From Syntrophomonadaceae bacterium (lineage in GTDB: Bacteria > Bacillota > Syntrophomonadia > Syntrophomonadales > Syntrophomonadaceae): a stretch of DNA of 44,460 nt. The notes under the pieces were generated by a model, which saw only the letters and a program-made list of their open reading frames with translations, searched no databases and had not been told where the DNA came from. The translations under genes were made by a program, and so were the position numbers. The DNA lies in the NCBI GenBank assembly GCA_031270725.1, contig JAISWS010000132.1:1-44460 (forward strand), read 5' to 3'. Of the stretch, positions 1 through 10,461 are shown piece by piece. Position 1 is the stretch's first letter. Every line of letters starts with the position of its first letter.

Positions 1-38
1 TGCTGGAAATAGTTAAAAAAGCTAAGTCATTAGAATAA
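1..38 (+). CDS. rpsQ: 30S ribosomal protein S17, 3' end only (runs off the 5' edge)
   Basis: The frame from nt 3 reads [11 protein letters not shown] then TAA (36-38). This is an S17-like C-terminus in the expected position upstream of rplN. Only 11 codons are visible. Confidence 0.5.
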   Translation, partial: LEIVKKAKSLE

Positions 39-64
39 TTGTTAACTCGAAGGAGGTTTATACT

Positions 65-433
65 GTGATACAACAGGAAACCATGCTTCAGGTAGGTGAT
101 AATACCGGAGCTAAACGGGTGTTGTGTATCAAAGTCTTGGGCGGCTCTACTCGAAGATATGCTACCGTTGGAGATATTATAGTAGCGTCAGTTAAAGAGG
201 CTTCACCGGGGGGAGTAGTCAAAAAAGGTGATGTAGTGAAAGCGGTTGTGGTGAGAACCAAAAAAGAAATCAGACGGATTGATGGTTCTTATATTGCTTT
301 TTCAGAAAACGCGGCGGTAATCATTGATGATAATAATAACCCTAGAGGTACTCGTATTTTCGGACCGGTAGCCAGAGAATTAAGGGATAAAAATTTCATG
401 AAAATTGTTTCCTTAGCTCCGGAAGTCCTTTAA
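65..433 (+). CDS. rplN: 50S ribosomal protein L14
   Basis: GTG start 8 nt after AGGAGG (51-56). [17 protein letters not shown]...[10 protein letters not shown] is canonical L14. Confidence 0.97.
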   Translation: MIQQETMLQVGDNTGAKRVLCIKVLGGSTRRYATVGDIIVASVKEASPGGVVKKGDVVKAVVVRTKKEIRRIDGSYIAFSENAAVIIDDNNNPRGTRIFGPVARELRDKNFMKIVSLAPEVL

Positions 434-450
434 GAGAGGGAGGGGATGAA

Positions 451-762
451 ATGAGTATCAAAAAAGGCGATACGGTTAAAGTATTAACCGGAAAAGACGC
501 CGGAAAACAAGGAAAAGTGCTGAAAATCATAACGGCGACCAACCGGGTGATTGTTGAAGGAGTCAATAAGGTAAAGAAACATCAAAAACCCAGCCGTTCT
601 TTGCCCCAGGGAGGCATAATGAGCATGGAAGCCGCGCTCCACCGTTCCAATGTTATGCTGGTATGCAGCCATTGCAAAAAGCCTACCCGGGTAGGAGTAA
701 AATTTTTAGATAATAATGAAAAAGTAAGAATGTGTAAAAAATGCGGCGAAATATTGAAATAA
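451..762 (+). CDS. rplX: 50S ribosomal protein L24 (KOW), with C-terminal CxxC...CxxC
   Basis: MSIKKGDTVKVLTGKDAGKQGKVLKI is the L24 KOW motif. The position in the spc operon fits. The C-terminus reads CSHCKK...CKKCG. Confidence 0.96.
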   Translation: MSIKKGDTVKVLTGKDAGKQGKVLKIITATNRVIVEGVNKVKKHQKPSRSLPQGGIMSMEAALHRSNVMLVCSHCKKPTRVGVKFLDNNEKVRMCKKCGEILK

Positions 763-793
763 ATAAACTTCCGGAAAGGAGGAAAAAAGTAAA

Positions 794-1330
794 GTGACAA
801 GGCTTTATAATCGTTACAAAGACGATATTGCGCCAGCGATGGTAAGTATGTTTAATTATAAAAATGTGATGCAGGTACCTAAAATCGAAAAGATTGTTTT
901 GAATGTGGGAGTTGGGGAAGCGATCCAGAATCCTAAGGCATTAGATGGAGCTATTAACGATCTTAAGGTTATTTCAGGCCAGAAACCTGTAGTCACCAGA
1001 GCTAAAAAATCCATTGCCGGGTTCAAACTTAGAGAAGGAATGGCTATAGGCTGTAAAGTAACTTTACGCGGATCCAGAATGTATGATTTCCTCGAAAAAT
1101 TGATCAATTTAGCATTGCCTCGCGTTCGTGATTTCAGAGGTATATCTCCGCAAGCGTTTGATGGGCGCGGTAATTTTTCTTTAGGAATCAAGGAACAGAC
1201 TATATTCCCGGAAATTGACTATGACAAGATCGATAAAATCAGAGGTCTGGAAGTGGCAATTATCACCACGGCTAAGACGGACGAAGAAGCTCGGGAGTTA
1301 TTGAGAAAAATGGGAATGCCATTTAGATAG
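794..1330 (+). CDS. rplE: 50S ribosomal protein L5
   Basis: GTG start after GGAAAGGAGG. Synteny and the sequence LNVGVGEA...[17 protein letters not shown] are typical L5. Confidence 0.97.
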   Translation: MTRLYNRYKDDIAPAMVSMFNYKNVMQVPKIEKIVLNVGVGEAIQNPKALDGAINDLKVISGQKPVVTRAKKSIAGFKLREGMAIGCKVTLRGSRMYDFLEKLINLALPRVRDFRGISPQAFDGRGNFSLGIKEQTIFPEIDYDKIDKIRGLEVAIITTAKTDEEARELLRKMGMPFR

Positions 1331-1344
1331 GAGGTAATTTTTCA

Positions 1345-1530
1345 ATGGCTAAAAAAGCACTGGTTGTTAAGCAACAGCGCAAACAGAAATTCGAAGTTAG
1401 AGAATATAATCGCTGTAAGATATGCGGCAGGCCCAGAGCTTATTTGCGTAAGTTCGGTATGTGCAGATTGTGTTTCAGACAGTTGGCGCATAAAGGTGAA
1501 ATCCCCGGGGTTACAAAGTCTAGCTGGTAG
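1345..1530 (+). CDS. rpsN: 30S ribosomal protein S14, short zinc-binding type Z
   Basis: 61 aa with CKICG...CRLC (Cys4) and the KSSW C-terminus. Confidence 0.97.
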   Translation: MAKKALVVKQQRKQKFEVREYNRCKICGRPRAYLRKFGMCRLCFRQLAHKGEIPGVTKSSW

Positions 1531-1560
1531 TTTTGATTTGTTGGTAAAGGAGGTTTTATT

Positions 1561-1959
1561 ATGGCCATGACTGACCCCATAGCCGATTTTTTGACCAGAA
1601 TTAGAAACGGTAATATGGTAATGCATGAGACCGTTGAGATACCCAGTTCCAGGATTAAAATAGCGATCGCGAGAATAATGCGCGAAGAAGGGTATATCAA
1701 GGATTTTGAATATATTGAAGACGGCAAGCAAGGTATTATTAGAGTTTATTTAAAATATGGGACTAATAAACAAAAGATAATAACCGGCTTGAAAAGAATA
1801 AGTAAACCGGGATTACGTGTATACGTAAAAAAAGATGAAATTCCCAAAGTACTAGGGGGGTTAGGGACAGCGGTTATATCGACGTCCCAAGGGTTAATGA
1901 CGGACAAAAACGCGCGCAAGTCTAAACTGGGCGGCGAAGTAATATGCTATATCTGGTAG
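1561..1959 (+). CDS. rpsH: 30S ribosomal protein S8
   Basis: [17 protein letters not shown]... is the canonical S8 N-terminus. Synteny agrees. Confidence 0.97.
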   Translation: MAMTDPIADFLTRIRNGNMVMHETVEIPSSRIKIAIARIMREEGYIKDFEYIEDGKQGIIRVYLKYGTNKQKIITGLKRISKPGLRVYVKKDEIPKVLGGLGTAVISTSQGLMTDKNARKSKLGGEVICYIW

Positions 1960-1976
1960 CAGTGGAGGGGTGAAAA

Positions 1977-2516
1977 GTGTCTAGAATTGGCAAGAAACCG
2001 ATAGCCGTACCCAAAAATGTAGTGATTGAAATGAATAACGATGTGGTAAAAGTAAAGGGCCCCAAAGGGGAGCTGATGCAAAAACTGACTGATGCGGTGA
2101 ATCTGGTTCAGGAAGAAAGCCGGCTTATTGTGGAAAGAGTTAGCGACAGCAAGAAACATAGGGCCTTACACGGGCTTAGCCGGGCTTTGTTAGCTAATAT
2201 GGTTGAAGGGGTAACCCAGGGGTTTGAAAAAAAACTGGAATTAGTTGGAGTGGGTTACCGTGCGCAAATGCAGGGCAGTAAACTGGTTATTAATATTGGT
2301 TTTTCGCATCCGGTAGAAATAAGCCCGCCGGCAGGAATTGAATTTGAAGTTCCCGCTCCGACCAGGATAAGTATTAAAGGAATTGATAAACAACTGGTAG
2401 GAAATACGGCTGCCCATATCAGGGCTATTAGAAAACCCGAGCCGTATAAAGGGAAGGGAATAAAGTATGAAAATGAAGTTATTCGCCGTAAAGTTGGCAA
2501 AGCCGGCGGCAAATAA
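1977..2516 (+). CDS. rplF: 50S ribosomal protein L6
   Basis: GTG start. [12 protein letters not shown] and GVGYRA are L6 motifs. Confidence 0.97.
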   Translation: MSRIGKKPIAVPKNVVIEMNNDVVKVKGPKGELMQKLTDAVNLVQEESRLIVERVSDSKKHRALHGLSRALLANMVEGVTQGFEKKLELVGVGYRAQMQGSKLVINIGFSHPVEISPPAGIEFEVPAPTRISIKGIDKQLVGNTAAHIRAIRKPEPYKGKGIKYENEVIRRKVGKAGGK

Positions 2517-2540
2517 TCCATTGGGAAGGATGTGTTAAAC

Positions 2541-2906
2541 TTGATTAAGAAAGTAAGCCGTAATAAGCTTCGGATTAAAAAACATAAGAGAATTAGAAGG
2601 AAATTATCAGGTACCGATAAAGTGCCGCGTTTGTGCGTTTATAAGAGTTTAAAACATATTTACGCCCAGATTATTGACGATCAGAAAGGAGTTACTTTGG
2701 TAGCTGCTTCTACGCATGACGGAGATTTTAAAAATTTGGGCTCTACTACCGATACTGAAGCGGCTAAAAAAGTAGGCGGCTTGATTGCTGAAAAAGCGCT
2801 TTCTCAAGGAATTAAAGCGGTAGTATTTGATCGCGGAGGCTATAAATATCATGGTAATATCGCGGCTTTTGCCGATGCGGCCAGAGAAGGCGGCCTGCAG
2901 TTCTGA
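2541..2906 (+). CDS. rplR: 50S ribosomal protein L18
   Basis: The ORF opens at GTG 2532, but TTG 2541 lies 10 nt after GGGAAGGA and gives the usual (M)[22 protein letters not shown]-terminus. The start is ambiguous between 2532 and 2541. Confidence 0.93.
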   Translation: MIKKVSRNKLRIKKHKRIRRKLSGTDKVPRLCVYKSLKHIYAQIIDDQKGVTLVAASTHDGDFKNLGSTTDTEAAKKVGGLIAEKALSQGIKAVVFDRGGYKYHGNIAAFADAAREGGLQF

Positions 2907-2947
2907 GAAAATGCTTTAAACAGTTTTAAACAGTTAGGAGGAAAAGG

Positions 2948-3454
2948 ATGTTTGACAAAGAACAACCGGCGGCCCCGGAATTAATCGAGAAAGTTGTTAA
3001 TATACGGAGAGTGGCAAAAGTTGTTAAAGGCGGCCGTAGATTCAGCTTCAGCGCTTTGGTAGTGGTGGGGGACGGCCAGGGGAAGGTTGGCACCGGGAAA
3101 GGCAAAGCCAATGAAGTGCCGGAATCCATCCGTAAAGCGATGGAAAATGCGAAAAAGAACATGAAGGAGATTCCGTTGATTGATGAAAGAACTATCCCTC
3201 ATCAGATTATTGGACGCTTTGGAGCGGGAGCGGTTCTGCTGAAGCCGGCTTCCCCAGGTACCGGAGTTATTGCCGGAGGGCCGGTGCGCGCAGTATTGGA
3301 AGCCGCGGGGGTAAAGGATATATTAACTAAATCATTGGGATCTTCCAACTCAAATAACATGGTACACGCTACCATGCAAGGACTGAATAGTTTGAAACGT
3401 ATTGAAGATGTAGCCCGGCAACGCGGTAAAACTGTTGACGAAATAATTTATTAG
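2948..3454 (+). CDS. rpsE: 30S ribosomal protein S5
   Basis: [37 protein letters not shown] is the S5 signature. Confidence 0.97.
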   Translation: MFDKEQPAAPELIEKVVNIRRVAKVVKGGRRFSFSALVVVGDGQGKVGTGKGKANEVPESIRKAMENAKKNMKEIPLIDERTIPHQIIGRFGAGAVLLKPASPGTGVIAGGPVRAVLEAAGVKDILTKSLGSSNSNNMVHATMQGLNSLKRIEDVARQRGKTVDEIIY

Positions 3455-3465
3455 GAGGGAGATCG

Positions 3466-3651
3466 TTGGCCAAGCAATTAAAGATCACTTGGACTAAAAG
3501 TTTTATTGGTTATCCTTCCACACAAAGAGCGACTATTAAGAGCTTAGGGCTTAGGAAGCTTAATCAAACAGTAATTAGAGAAGACAGCGCTCAGTTGAGA
3601 GGGCAAATAAATAAAGTTAACCATCTTCTGACAGTGGAAGAAATGGATTAG
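3466..3651 (+). CDS. rpmD: 50S ribosomal protein L30
   Basis: TTG start, 61 aa, LKITWTKSFIG....QRATIKSLGLRKLN. Confidence 0.95.
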   Translation: MAKQLKITWTKSFIGYPSTQRATIKSLGLRKLNQTVIREDSAQLRGQINKVNHLLTVEEMD

Positions 3652-3666
3652 CAGGGAGGTTTGTTG

Positions 3667-4110
3667 ATGAAACTGCACGAATTGAAATCTCCGGCCGGAG
3701 CGACAAAAAACATTAAAAGAGTAGGCCGGGGGACCGGCTCTGGTTCTGGTAAGACTTCCACCCGGGGACATAAAGGGCAAAAGGCGAGATCCGGCGGCGG
3801 AACCAGATTGGGTTTTGAAGGCGGGCAGATGCCTTTACAAAGGCGTATTCCCAAACGCGGGTTTAGCAATAGCGTGTTTAAGAAAGAGTATGCTATAGTC
3901 AATGTTGAAGATTTAAATAGTTTTGACAATGGAACTGAGATTACTTTAGACTTGCTGCGCGGGGCGGGGCTGGTTAAGAAAAAACTCAATGGGCTAAAAA
4001 TTTTAGGTCAGGGTGAGTTGGAAAAACAGCTCACGGTCAAAACACATAAAATCAGCCGCCAGGCAGAAGAAAAAATACTTGCCGCCGGGGGCAAAGTAGA
4101 GGTGGTTTAA
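3667..4110 (+). CDS. rplO: 50S ribosomal protein L15
   Basis: ATG 3667 lies 7 nt after AGGGAGG and gives [14 protein letters not shown]. The track ORF starts two codons earlier at TTG 3661. A Gly/Arg-rich loop is present. Confidence 0.95.
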   Translation: MKLHELKSPAGATKNIKRVGRGTGSGSGKTSTRGHKGQKARSGGGTRLGFEGGQMPLQRRIPKRGFSNSVFKKEYAIVNVEDLNSFDNGTEITLDLLRGAGLVKKKLNGLKILGQGELEKQLTVKTHKISRQAEEKILAAGGKVEVV

Positions 4111-5376
4111 ATGGTAAATCCTTTGCAGCAGGCTTTAAAAGTAGGGGATTTAAGAAGAAAATTACTGTTTACTTTATTCATGCTGCTGATATTCAGAATA
4201 GGGGCGCATGTTCCGGTTCCGGGTATTGACGCGTCCAAAATACAAGAAATGCTGTCAGGGCAGTTGTTTGGGTTTTTTGACGTAATATCGGGAGGAGCGT
4301 TTAAAAGGTTTACGGTTTTTGCTATGAGTATCACTCCGTATATTAACGCTTCTATCATAATGAATTTGTTGCAGGTAATTGTTCCTAAGCTGGATAGTCT
4401 AGCTAAAGAAGGCGAAGAAGGCCGGAAAAAAATTGCTCAGTATGTGCGCTATGGTACGGTGGTATTAGCTTTTATACAGGCTATCGGTTTAGCTTATGCT
4501 TTAGGGCGGAACGGCGCTTTAGCCAGCAGGAACATAGGGTCTTATCTGATGATAGCCATAGCCTTAACAGCCGGAACCGCGTTTTTGATGTGGATTGGCG
4601 AGCAGATTACTGAAAAAGGCATTGGCAACGGAATATCATTGCTGATATTTGCCGGCATTGTCTCCAGGCTGCCATCGCAGATAAGCGGAGTGGGGCAGGA
4701 GTTAACCGGCGGTATTGTAAGCGGATTTAATATAGCGCTGTTTATATTGATTGCTTTGTTTATAATATGCGGTATTATCGTGGTTAATGAAGGGCAGAGA
4801 AGGATTCCCATACAGTACGCCAAAAGAGTCGTAGGGAGAAAAGTATACGGAGGCCAAAGCACCTTCTTACCTTTAAAAGTTAATACGGCCGGAGTTATTC
4901 CAATAATTTTCGCTATGTCCATTTTAATGTTCCCGGCGACTATTACGCAGTTTATGGATCAAAATTCCAAATTCAGCATGTTTATCGCACAATATTTTAA
5001 TGGCGGAGGGGTAGTATATAATTTATTGTATGCGGTATTGATTGTATTTTTCACTTATTTCTATGTCGCCATAATTTTCAATCCGGCTGATGTGGCCGAA
5101 AATATAAAAAAGTATGGCGGTTTTATACATGGTATCAGGCCGGGAAGACCGACAGCGGATTACATTGACAGAGTGCTTTCCCGTCTGACCTTATCCGGCG
5201 GAATTTTTTTAGCAATAATTGCGGTGCTGCCTAATTTTGTAATCGGGCTGACCGGAGTAACGAGCTTCTATTTCGGCGGGACTTCTTTGCTTATAGTGGT
5301 TGGAGTTGCCTTAGATACCATGAAACAGATAGAATCTAACTTGTTGCTCAGAAGTTATGAAGGATTTGTAAAATGA
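4111..5376 (+). CDS. secY: preprotein translocase subunit SecY
   Basis: 421 aa with multiple TM segments. The LLFTL..L.IFRIGAHVPVPGID N-terminus and the position after rplO fit SecY. Confidence 0.97.
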   Translation: MVNPLQQALKVGDLRRKLLFTLFMLLIFRIGAHVPVPGIDASKIQEMLSGQLFGFFDVISGGAFKRFTVFAMSITPYINASIIMNLLQVIVPKLDSLAKEGEEGRKKIAQYVRYGTVVLAFIQAIGLAYALGRNGALASRNIGSYLMIAIALTAGTAFLMWIGEQITEKGIGNGISLLIFAGIVSRLPSQISGVGQELTGGIVSGFNIALFILIALFIICGIIVVNEGQRRIPIQYAKRVVGRKVYGGQSTFLPLKVNTAGVIPIIFAMSILMFPATITQFMDQNSKFSMFIAQYFNGGGVVYNLLYAVLIVFFTYFYVAIIFNPADVAENIKKYGGFIHGIRPGRPTADYIDRVLSRLTLSGGIFLAIIAVLPNFVIGLTGVTSFYFGGTSLLIVVGVALDTMKQIESNLLLRSYEGFVK

Positions 5377-5394
5377 TAAGGGGGAATTAGCGAA

Positions 5395-6045
5395 ATGAAT
5401 ATAATTCTTATGGGGCCTCCAGGCGCTGGCAAAGGGACTCAGGCATCGTTGTTAAAGGATAAATATAACATTCCCCACATTTCAACCGGAGATATTTTCA
5501 GGGAAGCGGTTGAGAAAAGTACCGACATGGGTATAGAAGCTAAAAAATATATGGATAAAGGACAGTTGGTTCCTGATGAAGTAACGATTGGGATAGTGTC
5601 TGACCGTTTAGCGCAGGGAGATTGCGCGAAAGGATTTTTACTGGACGGATTTCCTAGAACAACTGTTCAAGCACAGGCTTTGGATGAAGTAATGAAAAAA
5701 ATGGGAAAAGCAATTAGCGTGGCTGTTAACATATCCGTTTCCAGTAATATTTTAATAGAACGGATAGCAGGGCGCGTCAGTTGCGGCAAATGTAAAACAG
5801 TGTATAATTTGACTTTATTGCCGCCGGATAATACTCATACCTGTGTGAAATGCGGCGGGGAGCTTATTCAGAGAGACGACGACAAAGCGGAGACCGCGTT
5901 AAAGAGACTGGAAGTGTATCAGGCTCAGACCAGCCCTTTGCTAGAATATTACGAAAAACAAAAGGTTTTAGTTAATATTGATGGTGATAAGGGGAGTGAA
6001 GGGGTTTTTGAAATAATCAGCAAGCTTTTAGATGCTTTGCAATGA
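5395..6045 (+). CDS. adk: adenylate kinase (Zn-binding lid)
   Basis: P-loop GPPGAGKGTQ. The lid reads CGKC...CVKCGG (Cys4). Confidence 0.97.
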   Translation: MNIILMGPPGAGKGTQASLLKDKYNIPHISTGDIFREAVEKSTDMGIEAKKYMDKGQLVPDEVTIGIVSDRLAQGDCAKGFLLDGFPRTTVQAQALDEVMKKMGKAISVAVNISVSSNILIERIAGRVSCGKCKTVYNLTLLPPDNTHTCVKCGGELIQRDDDKAETALKRLEVYQAQTSPLLEYYEKQKVLVNIDGDKGSEGVFEIISKLLDALQ

Positions 6046-6233
6046 ATTTGCTTGAAACGCTTGAGAAAAGCGGGTGTTAAATAACTTTAACCATGAACAT
6101 GGTTTTGCTGCTCATGCTCGTGTGTTGCTGACAGATGAGCGGGCTTGGGTGGATATAAACTTTGACTAAGTTAAAGGAAGAACAGGTGGGATAATGTTCT
6201 CTGATAAGGGGGTACCCAGTTATTTTAGAAGAC

Positions 6234-6518
6234 TTGATTGGCAGAGTGGTGTTTTCTAAATCTGGCCGAGACAAAGGCAAGGCCATGATGATTGTTCAGG
6301 TCATAAATGCCGGATTGGTTATGGTGGTTGACGGGGATTTGCGTAAAATAGAAAATCCGAAAGTGAAGAATATCAAACACGTACAGTTTACTAAAATAGT
6401 GGATGAAGGTATAAAGGCCAGTATATTGAATGGTGAAGCGCTTGAAAATCATATGGTCCGGAAAAGTCTTAAAAAAATCATGGAGGCCAGTGAAACAGAG
6501 GGGAAGGGGGGCTGGTAA
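6234..6518 (+). CDS. small KOW-domain RNA-binding protein (conserved between adk/map and infA in Clostridia-type clusters)
   Basis: TTG start. IGRVVFSKSGRDKGKAMMIV is KOW-like. The gene abuts infA: its stop is at 6516-6518 and the infA ATG is at 6519. Confidence 0.8.
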   Translation: MIGRVVFSKSGRDKGKAMMIVQVINAGLVMVVDGDLRKIENPKVKNIKHVQFTKIVDEGIKASILNGEALENHMVRKSLKKIMEASETEGKGGW

Positions 6519-6737
6519 ATGGCTAAAGACGATGTGATTGAAGTTGAAGGCACAGTTTTAGAACCATTGCCTAACGCAATGTTCAAAGTGGTACTGGAAA
6601 ACGGTCATAAGGTCCTGGCCCACATATCAGGGAAAATGCGCATGAACTTTATCAGAATATTGCCTGGGGACAAAGTCATGGTAGAGTTGTCGCCTTATGA
6701 TTTGAATAGGGGCCGGATAACTTATCGGTTTAAATAA
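6519..6737 (+). CDS. infA: translation initiation factor IF-1
   Basis: [36 protein letters not shown]...I is canonical IF-1. Confidence 0.97.
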   Translation: MAKDDVIEVEGTVLEPLPNAMFKVVLENGHKVLAHISGKMRMNFIRILPGDKVMVELSPYDLNRGRITYRFK

Positions 6738-6752
6738 AAGGAGGAAGTTGTT

Positions 6753-6866
6753 GTGAAAGTAAAGCCGTCGGTTAAAGCTATATGTGAGAAATGCAAGATA
6801 ATAAAACGCCATGGCAAAGTGATGGTAATTTGCGTCAACCCCAAACATAAGCAAAGACAAGGATAA
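6753..6866 (+). CDS. rpmJ: 50S ribosomal protein L36 (zinc form)
   Basis: Not in the ORF track because it is under 60 aa. GTG 6753 follows AAGGAGGAAG. It translates as [37 protein letters not shown] (37 aa, a C-x2-C-x12-C-x4-H motif). Confidence 0.95.
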   Translation: MKVKPSVKAICEKCKIIKRHGKVMVICVNPKHKQRQG

Positions 6867-6883
6867 TTGCGGGAGGTGAAGGA

Positions 6884-7249
6884 ATGGCCAGAATAGCGGG
6901 AGTTGATTTGCCCAGAGATAAAAGAGTTGAGGTCTCGTTGACTTATATATATGGAATAGGACGTTCGGCGGCTCAAAAGATTTTGCTCGAAGCAGGTATA
7001 AATTTTGACACAAGAGTGAAGGATTTAACAGAGGAAGAAGTTGCCAGATTAAGAGATGTTATAGAAAAGAACCATACGGTGGAAGGGGATTTACGCCGTC
7101 AAGTAAGTATGGATATCAAGCGGCTGATGGATTTAGGATGCTACAGAGGTATCCGACATCGCCGGGGTCTTCCGGTGCGGGGGCAGAATACTAAAAATAA
7201 TGCCCGTACCCGTAAAGGACCGAAACGGGTAGCAGGTAAGAAAAAGTAG
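6884..7249 (+). CDS. rpsM: 30S ribosomal protein S13
   Basis: [26 protein letters not shown] is canonical S13. Confidence 0.97.
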   Translation: MARIAGVDLPRDKRVEVSLTYIYGIGRSAAQKILLEAGINFDTRVKDLTEEEVARLRDVIEKNHTVEGDLRRQVSMDIKRLMDLGCYRGIRHRRGLPVRGQNTKNNARTRKGPKRVAGKKK

Positions 7250-7262
7250 GAGGAATGCATAA

Positions 7263-7655
7263 GTGGCACGTAGAACGACTACGAGGATAAAACGCCGTGA
7301 AAAAAAGAATATAGAACACGGAGTCGCTCATATTAAGTCAACCTTTAACAATACGATCATTTCCATAACGGATACGCATGGCAATGCTATTTCCTGGGCA
7401 AGTGCGGGCACCTCCGGATTTAAAGGGTCCAGAAAAAGCACTCCTTATGCCGCTCAGCAAGCGGCGGAAAGTGCGGCTAAATCAGCAATGGAACATGGAC
7501 TGAAAGAGGTTGAATGTTTTGTGAAAGGTCCTGGCGCCGGACGCGAGGCGGCGATTCGGTCGCTGCAGGCAGCTGGTCTTGAAGTAAGTGTAATTAAGGA
7601 TGTTACGCCCATTCCGCATAACGGATGCAGACCACCGAAAAGAAGAAGAGTTTAA
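7263..7655 (+). CDS. rpsK: 30S ribosomal protein S11
   Basis: GTG start. [20 protein letters not shown] and the [14 protein letters not shown]-terminus are S11 features. Confidence 0.97.
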   Translation: MARRTTTRIKRREKKNIEHGVAHIKSTFNNTIISITDTHGNAISWASAGTSGFKGSRKSTPYAAQQAAESAAKSAMEHGLKEVECFVKGPGAGREAAIRSLQAAGLEVSVIKDVTPIPHNGCRPPKRRRV

Positions 7656-7671
7656 GGAGGGAATTAGTTAA

Positions 7672-8301
7672 GTGGGAAGGTATACAGATTCAGTATGTCG
7701 CCAGTGCCGCCGTGAAGGGGAAAAGCTTTTTCTAAAAGGAGACCGCTGTTATTCAGATAAATGCGCAATTGAAAAAAAACCTTATATTCCCGGTGTACAT
7801 GGTAAAGCCAGAAGGGCGAAAGCTACCGAATATGGAATTCAATTAAGGGAAAAACAAAAAACCAAAAGGATTTACGGCGTTTTGGAAAAGCAATTCCGTA
7901 ATTATTTTAAAAAGGCTGACAGTATTCAAGGCATTACGGGGGAAAACCTTTTAGTATTACTGGAAAGGCGCCTTGATAACGTAGTTTACCGTTTAGGACT
8001 GGCTTCATCAAGAAAAGAAGCCCGCCAGCTGGTGAACCATGGGCATTTTACGATAAACGGGCATAAAGCGACGATCCCTTCTATGTTAATTAGAGTGGGA
8101 GATATTGTACAAGTGAAAAACAAAAGTTTGGAATCAAATAAATTTAAAGAAATCAGGGAGCAAGCTACTTATAAAACGCCGCCGGAATGGATGAACGTAG
8201 ATTTGGACAATATGGCCGGACATATTATCGCTTATCCTTTAAGAGAACAAATTGATACCTTGGTTAATGAACAACTCATTGTTGAGCTTTATTCAAGATA
8301 A
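7672..8301 (+). CDS. rpsD: 30S ribosomal protein S4 (Cys4 zinc finger form)
   Basis: GTG start. [23 protein letters not shown] is present, along with an S4 RNA-binding domain. Confidence 0.97.
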   Translation: MGRYTDSVCRQCRREGEKLFLKGDRCYSDKCAIEKKPYIPGVHGKARRAKATEYGIQLREKQKTKRIYGVLEKQFRNYFKKADSIQGITGENLLVLLERRLDNVVYRLGLASSRKEARQLVNHGHFTINGHKATIPSMLIRVGDIVQVKNKSLESNKFKEIREQATYKTPPEWMNVDLDNMAGHIIAYPLREQIDTLVNEQLIVELYSR

Positions 8302-8338
8302 ATAAGTAACCTCTATAGAATAAGGAGGGATTCTATTA

Positions 8339-9289
8339 ATGCTAGAGATGGAAAAACCCCGGATTGAATGTGTAGAAAAAAAATTAGACGATAATTACGG
8401 GAAGTTTATTATTGAACCCCTGGAAAGAGGCTATGGTACTACTCTGGGTAATTCTTTGCGCAGGGTATTGCTGTCTTCGCTTCCGGGCGCAGCTGTTACG
8501 TCTATTAAAATTGATGGGGTTTTGCATGAATTTTCCACTATTCCTAATGTGGTAGAAGATACTACCGAAATAATTTTGAATATAAAAAAGATGGTCATAA
8601 AATACGGGGGAACAGAACGTAAAATTATAAGACTGGAACATGCGGGACCGATGGAATTGACTGCCGCCGATATAACTCCTGACGCGGAAGTAGATATTTT
8701 AAACCCTGATTTGCATATTGCCACTTTGGACGAAGATGCCAAAATTTATGTGGAAATGACGGTAGAGCGGGGCCGAGGCTATGTAAGCGCCGATCAGCAG
8801 CCATATAAAAATGATGATCTCGTGGGACAGATTCCTATAGATTCCATATTTACGCCGGTTAATCGGGTGAATTTTGTGGTGGATAACGCTAGAGTCGGGA
8901 AAAGAACCGATTATGACAGTTTAACTTTGGAAGTTTGGACCAATGGCAGCGTCAGTCCGGAAGAAGCGGTGAGCCTTTCCGCTCAGGTGTTGATTGAGTA
9001 CTTAAAGCTTTTTACTGAAATAGATGATACTTGTACTCAGGTAGAACTTTTAGCGGAAAAAGAGGAAGAAAAGAAAGACAAAGTTTTGGAAATGCTGATA
9101 GAAGAACTGGAACTTTCGGTTCGCGCCTCCAACGGCTTAAAAAGAGCCAGCATTAATTCAGTAGGGGATTTAATAGAAAAAAGCCGTGAGGAAATGGGTA
9201 AAATCAGAAATTTAGGACAAAAATCGCTGGAAGAAATAGAAAGAAAACTTATGGAATTAGGTTTAGCGTTTAAAAAACTGGAGGATTAG
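8339..9289 (+). CDS. rpoA: DNA-directed RNA polymerase subunit alpha
   Basis: [24 protein letters not shown], and a C-terminal domain [19 protein letters not shown]. Confidence 0.97.
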   Translation: MLEMEKPRIECVEKKLDDNYGKFIIEPLERGYGTTLGNSLRRVLLSSLPGAAVTSIKIDGVLHEFSTIPNVVEDTTEIILNIKKMVIKYGGTERKIIRLEHAGPMELTAADITPDAEVDILNPDLHIATLDEDAKIYVEMTVERGRGYVSADQQPYKNDDLVGQIPIDSIFTPVNRVNFVVDNARVGKRTDYDSLTLEVWTNGSVSPEEAVSLSAQVLIEYLKLFTEIDDTCTQVELLAEKEEEKKDKVLEMLIEELELSVRASNGLKRASINSVGDLIEKSREEMGKIRNLGQKSLEEIERKLMELGLAFKKLED

Positions 9290-9304
9290 AGAGGAGGATC
9301 TCTG

Positions 9305-9646
9305 TTGAGTTATCGTAGAATGGGACTCAGGAGCGATCACAGAAGAGCGCTTCTAAGAAATTCCGTTACTTCCTTATTGGAAAAAGGTAAAATTACCACA
9401 ACGGAAACCAGAGCTAAAGAGATTAGAAAATTTGCCGAACGCATGATTACCCTGGGTAAAAGAGGAGATTTACATGCCCGCAGGCAGGCTTTAGCGTTTA
9501 TAAATACAGATGCGGTAGTCTATAAGCTTTTTTCGGAAATTGCTGAGCGCTACTCCGGACGGCAAGGCGGTTATACCAGAATAATAAAACTTGGTTTTCG
9601 TCGGGGAGACGGAGCGCCGATGGCTATTTTAGAATTAGTTGATTAA
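9305..9646 (+). CDS. rplQ: 50S ribosomal protein L17
   Basis: TTG start. [12 protein letters not shown]....L...[16 protein letters not shown] is L17. Confidence 0.96.
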   Translation: MSYRRMGLRSDHRRALLRNSVTSLLEKGKITTTETRAKEIRKFAERMITLGKRGDLHARRQALAFINTDAVVYKLFSEIAERYSGRQGGYTRIIKLGFRRGDGAPMAILELVD

Positions 9647-10461
9647 TGATTGAATTTAGTCAAGTGGACTTTTCATATGCGCTGGAACAGCCTCCGCTTC
9701 TGAAAGACGTTAGTTTTCAGATCAGGGAAGGCGAATTTATAGCGGTTTTAGGCAGGAACGCTTCGGGAAAATCAACTTTAGCCCGTTTATTCAATGGCTT
9801 ATTATTACCTGATCGCGGCAATGTAAAAATTGATGAAATGGATACCGGCAATCCGGAAAAGTTGTTTGCGATCAGGCAAAAAGTTGGTTTTTTGTTTCCT
9901 TCCCCCGACCGTCAGTTGATTGCGGATATGGTAGAAGACGAAGTGGCGTTTGTTTTAGAAAACCTGGGATTGCCGGCAAGCGACATCAGGGAAAGAGTTG
10001 ACGCGGCTTTAGAGATGGTAGCAATGGAGAATTACCGGAAGCATCCCCCATCTCTTTTGTCTGGCGGCCAGAAGCAAAAAATATGCATTGCCGGGATCTT
10101 GTCGATGCGCCCGAAATACATGGTTTTAGATGAACCGACCTCCCGCTTGGACCCTGCGGAGAGAATTGATATCCTGGCTACTTTAATGAAATTGAAAGCT
10201 GAGTGGGGTCTGACTTTAATATATATAACCCATCATGTGGAAGAGATTGTCGCGGCGGATCGGGTGTTTATATTACAAAACTGTCGCGCGGACAGTTTTT
10301 CACTGTCTGAGTTGCTGGAAAAACAGGAATATTTACTGCAATTAGGCATTGAACCGCCGGAAATAAGCAGGCTGATTTATCTTCTTAACCGGGATGAACG
10401 CTTTGTAATTCCTTATGAAGTCGTATCGGCAGCAGATTTGGTAAATTTTTTATGTCGATAG
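9646..10461 (+). CDS. ecfA1: ECF transporter ATPase component 1
   Basis: The ATG overlaps the rplQ stop (TAATG). Walker A is GRNASGKST, the signature is LSGGQKQ, and Walker B is MVLDEPTS. The rplQ-ecfA-ecfA'-ecfT-truA synteny is conserved. Confidence 0.9.
   Translation: MIEFSQVDFSYALEQPPLLKDVSFQIREGEFIAVLGRNASGKSTLARLFNGLLLPDRGNVKIDEMDTGNPEKLFAIRQKVGFLFPSPDRQLIADMVEDEVAFVLENLGLPASDIRERVDAALEMVAMENYRKHPPSLLSGGQKQKICIAGILSMRPKYMVLDEPTSRLDPAERIDILATLMKLKAEWGLTLIYITHHVEEIVAADRVFILQNCRADSFSLSELLEKQEYLLQLGIEPPEISRLIYLLNRDERFVIPYEVVSAADLVNFLCR

Noticed and set aside
484-9000. Many 60-130-aa minus-strand ORFs inside the ribosomal protein, secY and rpoA genes (for example 484-672, 856-1191, 1342-1731, 3648-3989, 4542-4922, 6627-7013 and 8431-8742)
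   Set aside because: They are antisense shadows of highly conserved, clearly coding plus-strand genes. None has an RBS or any family resemblance.
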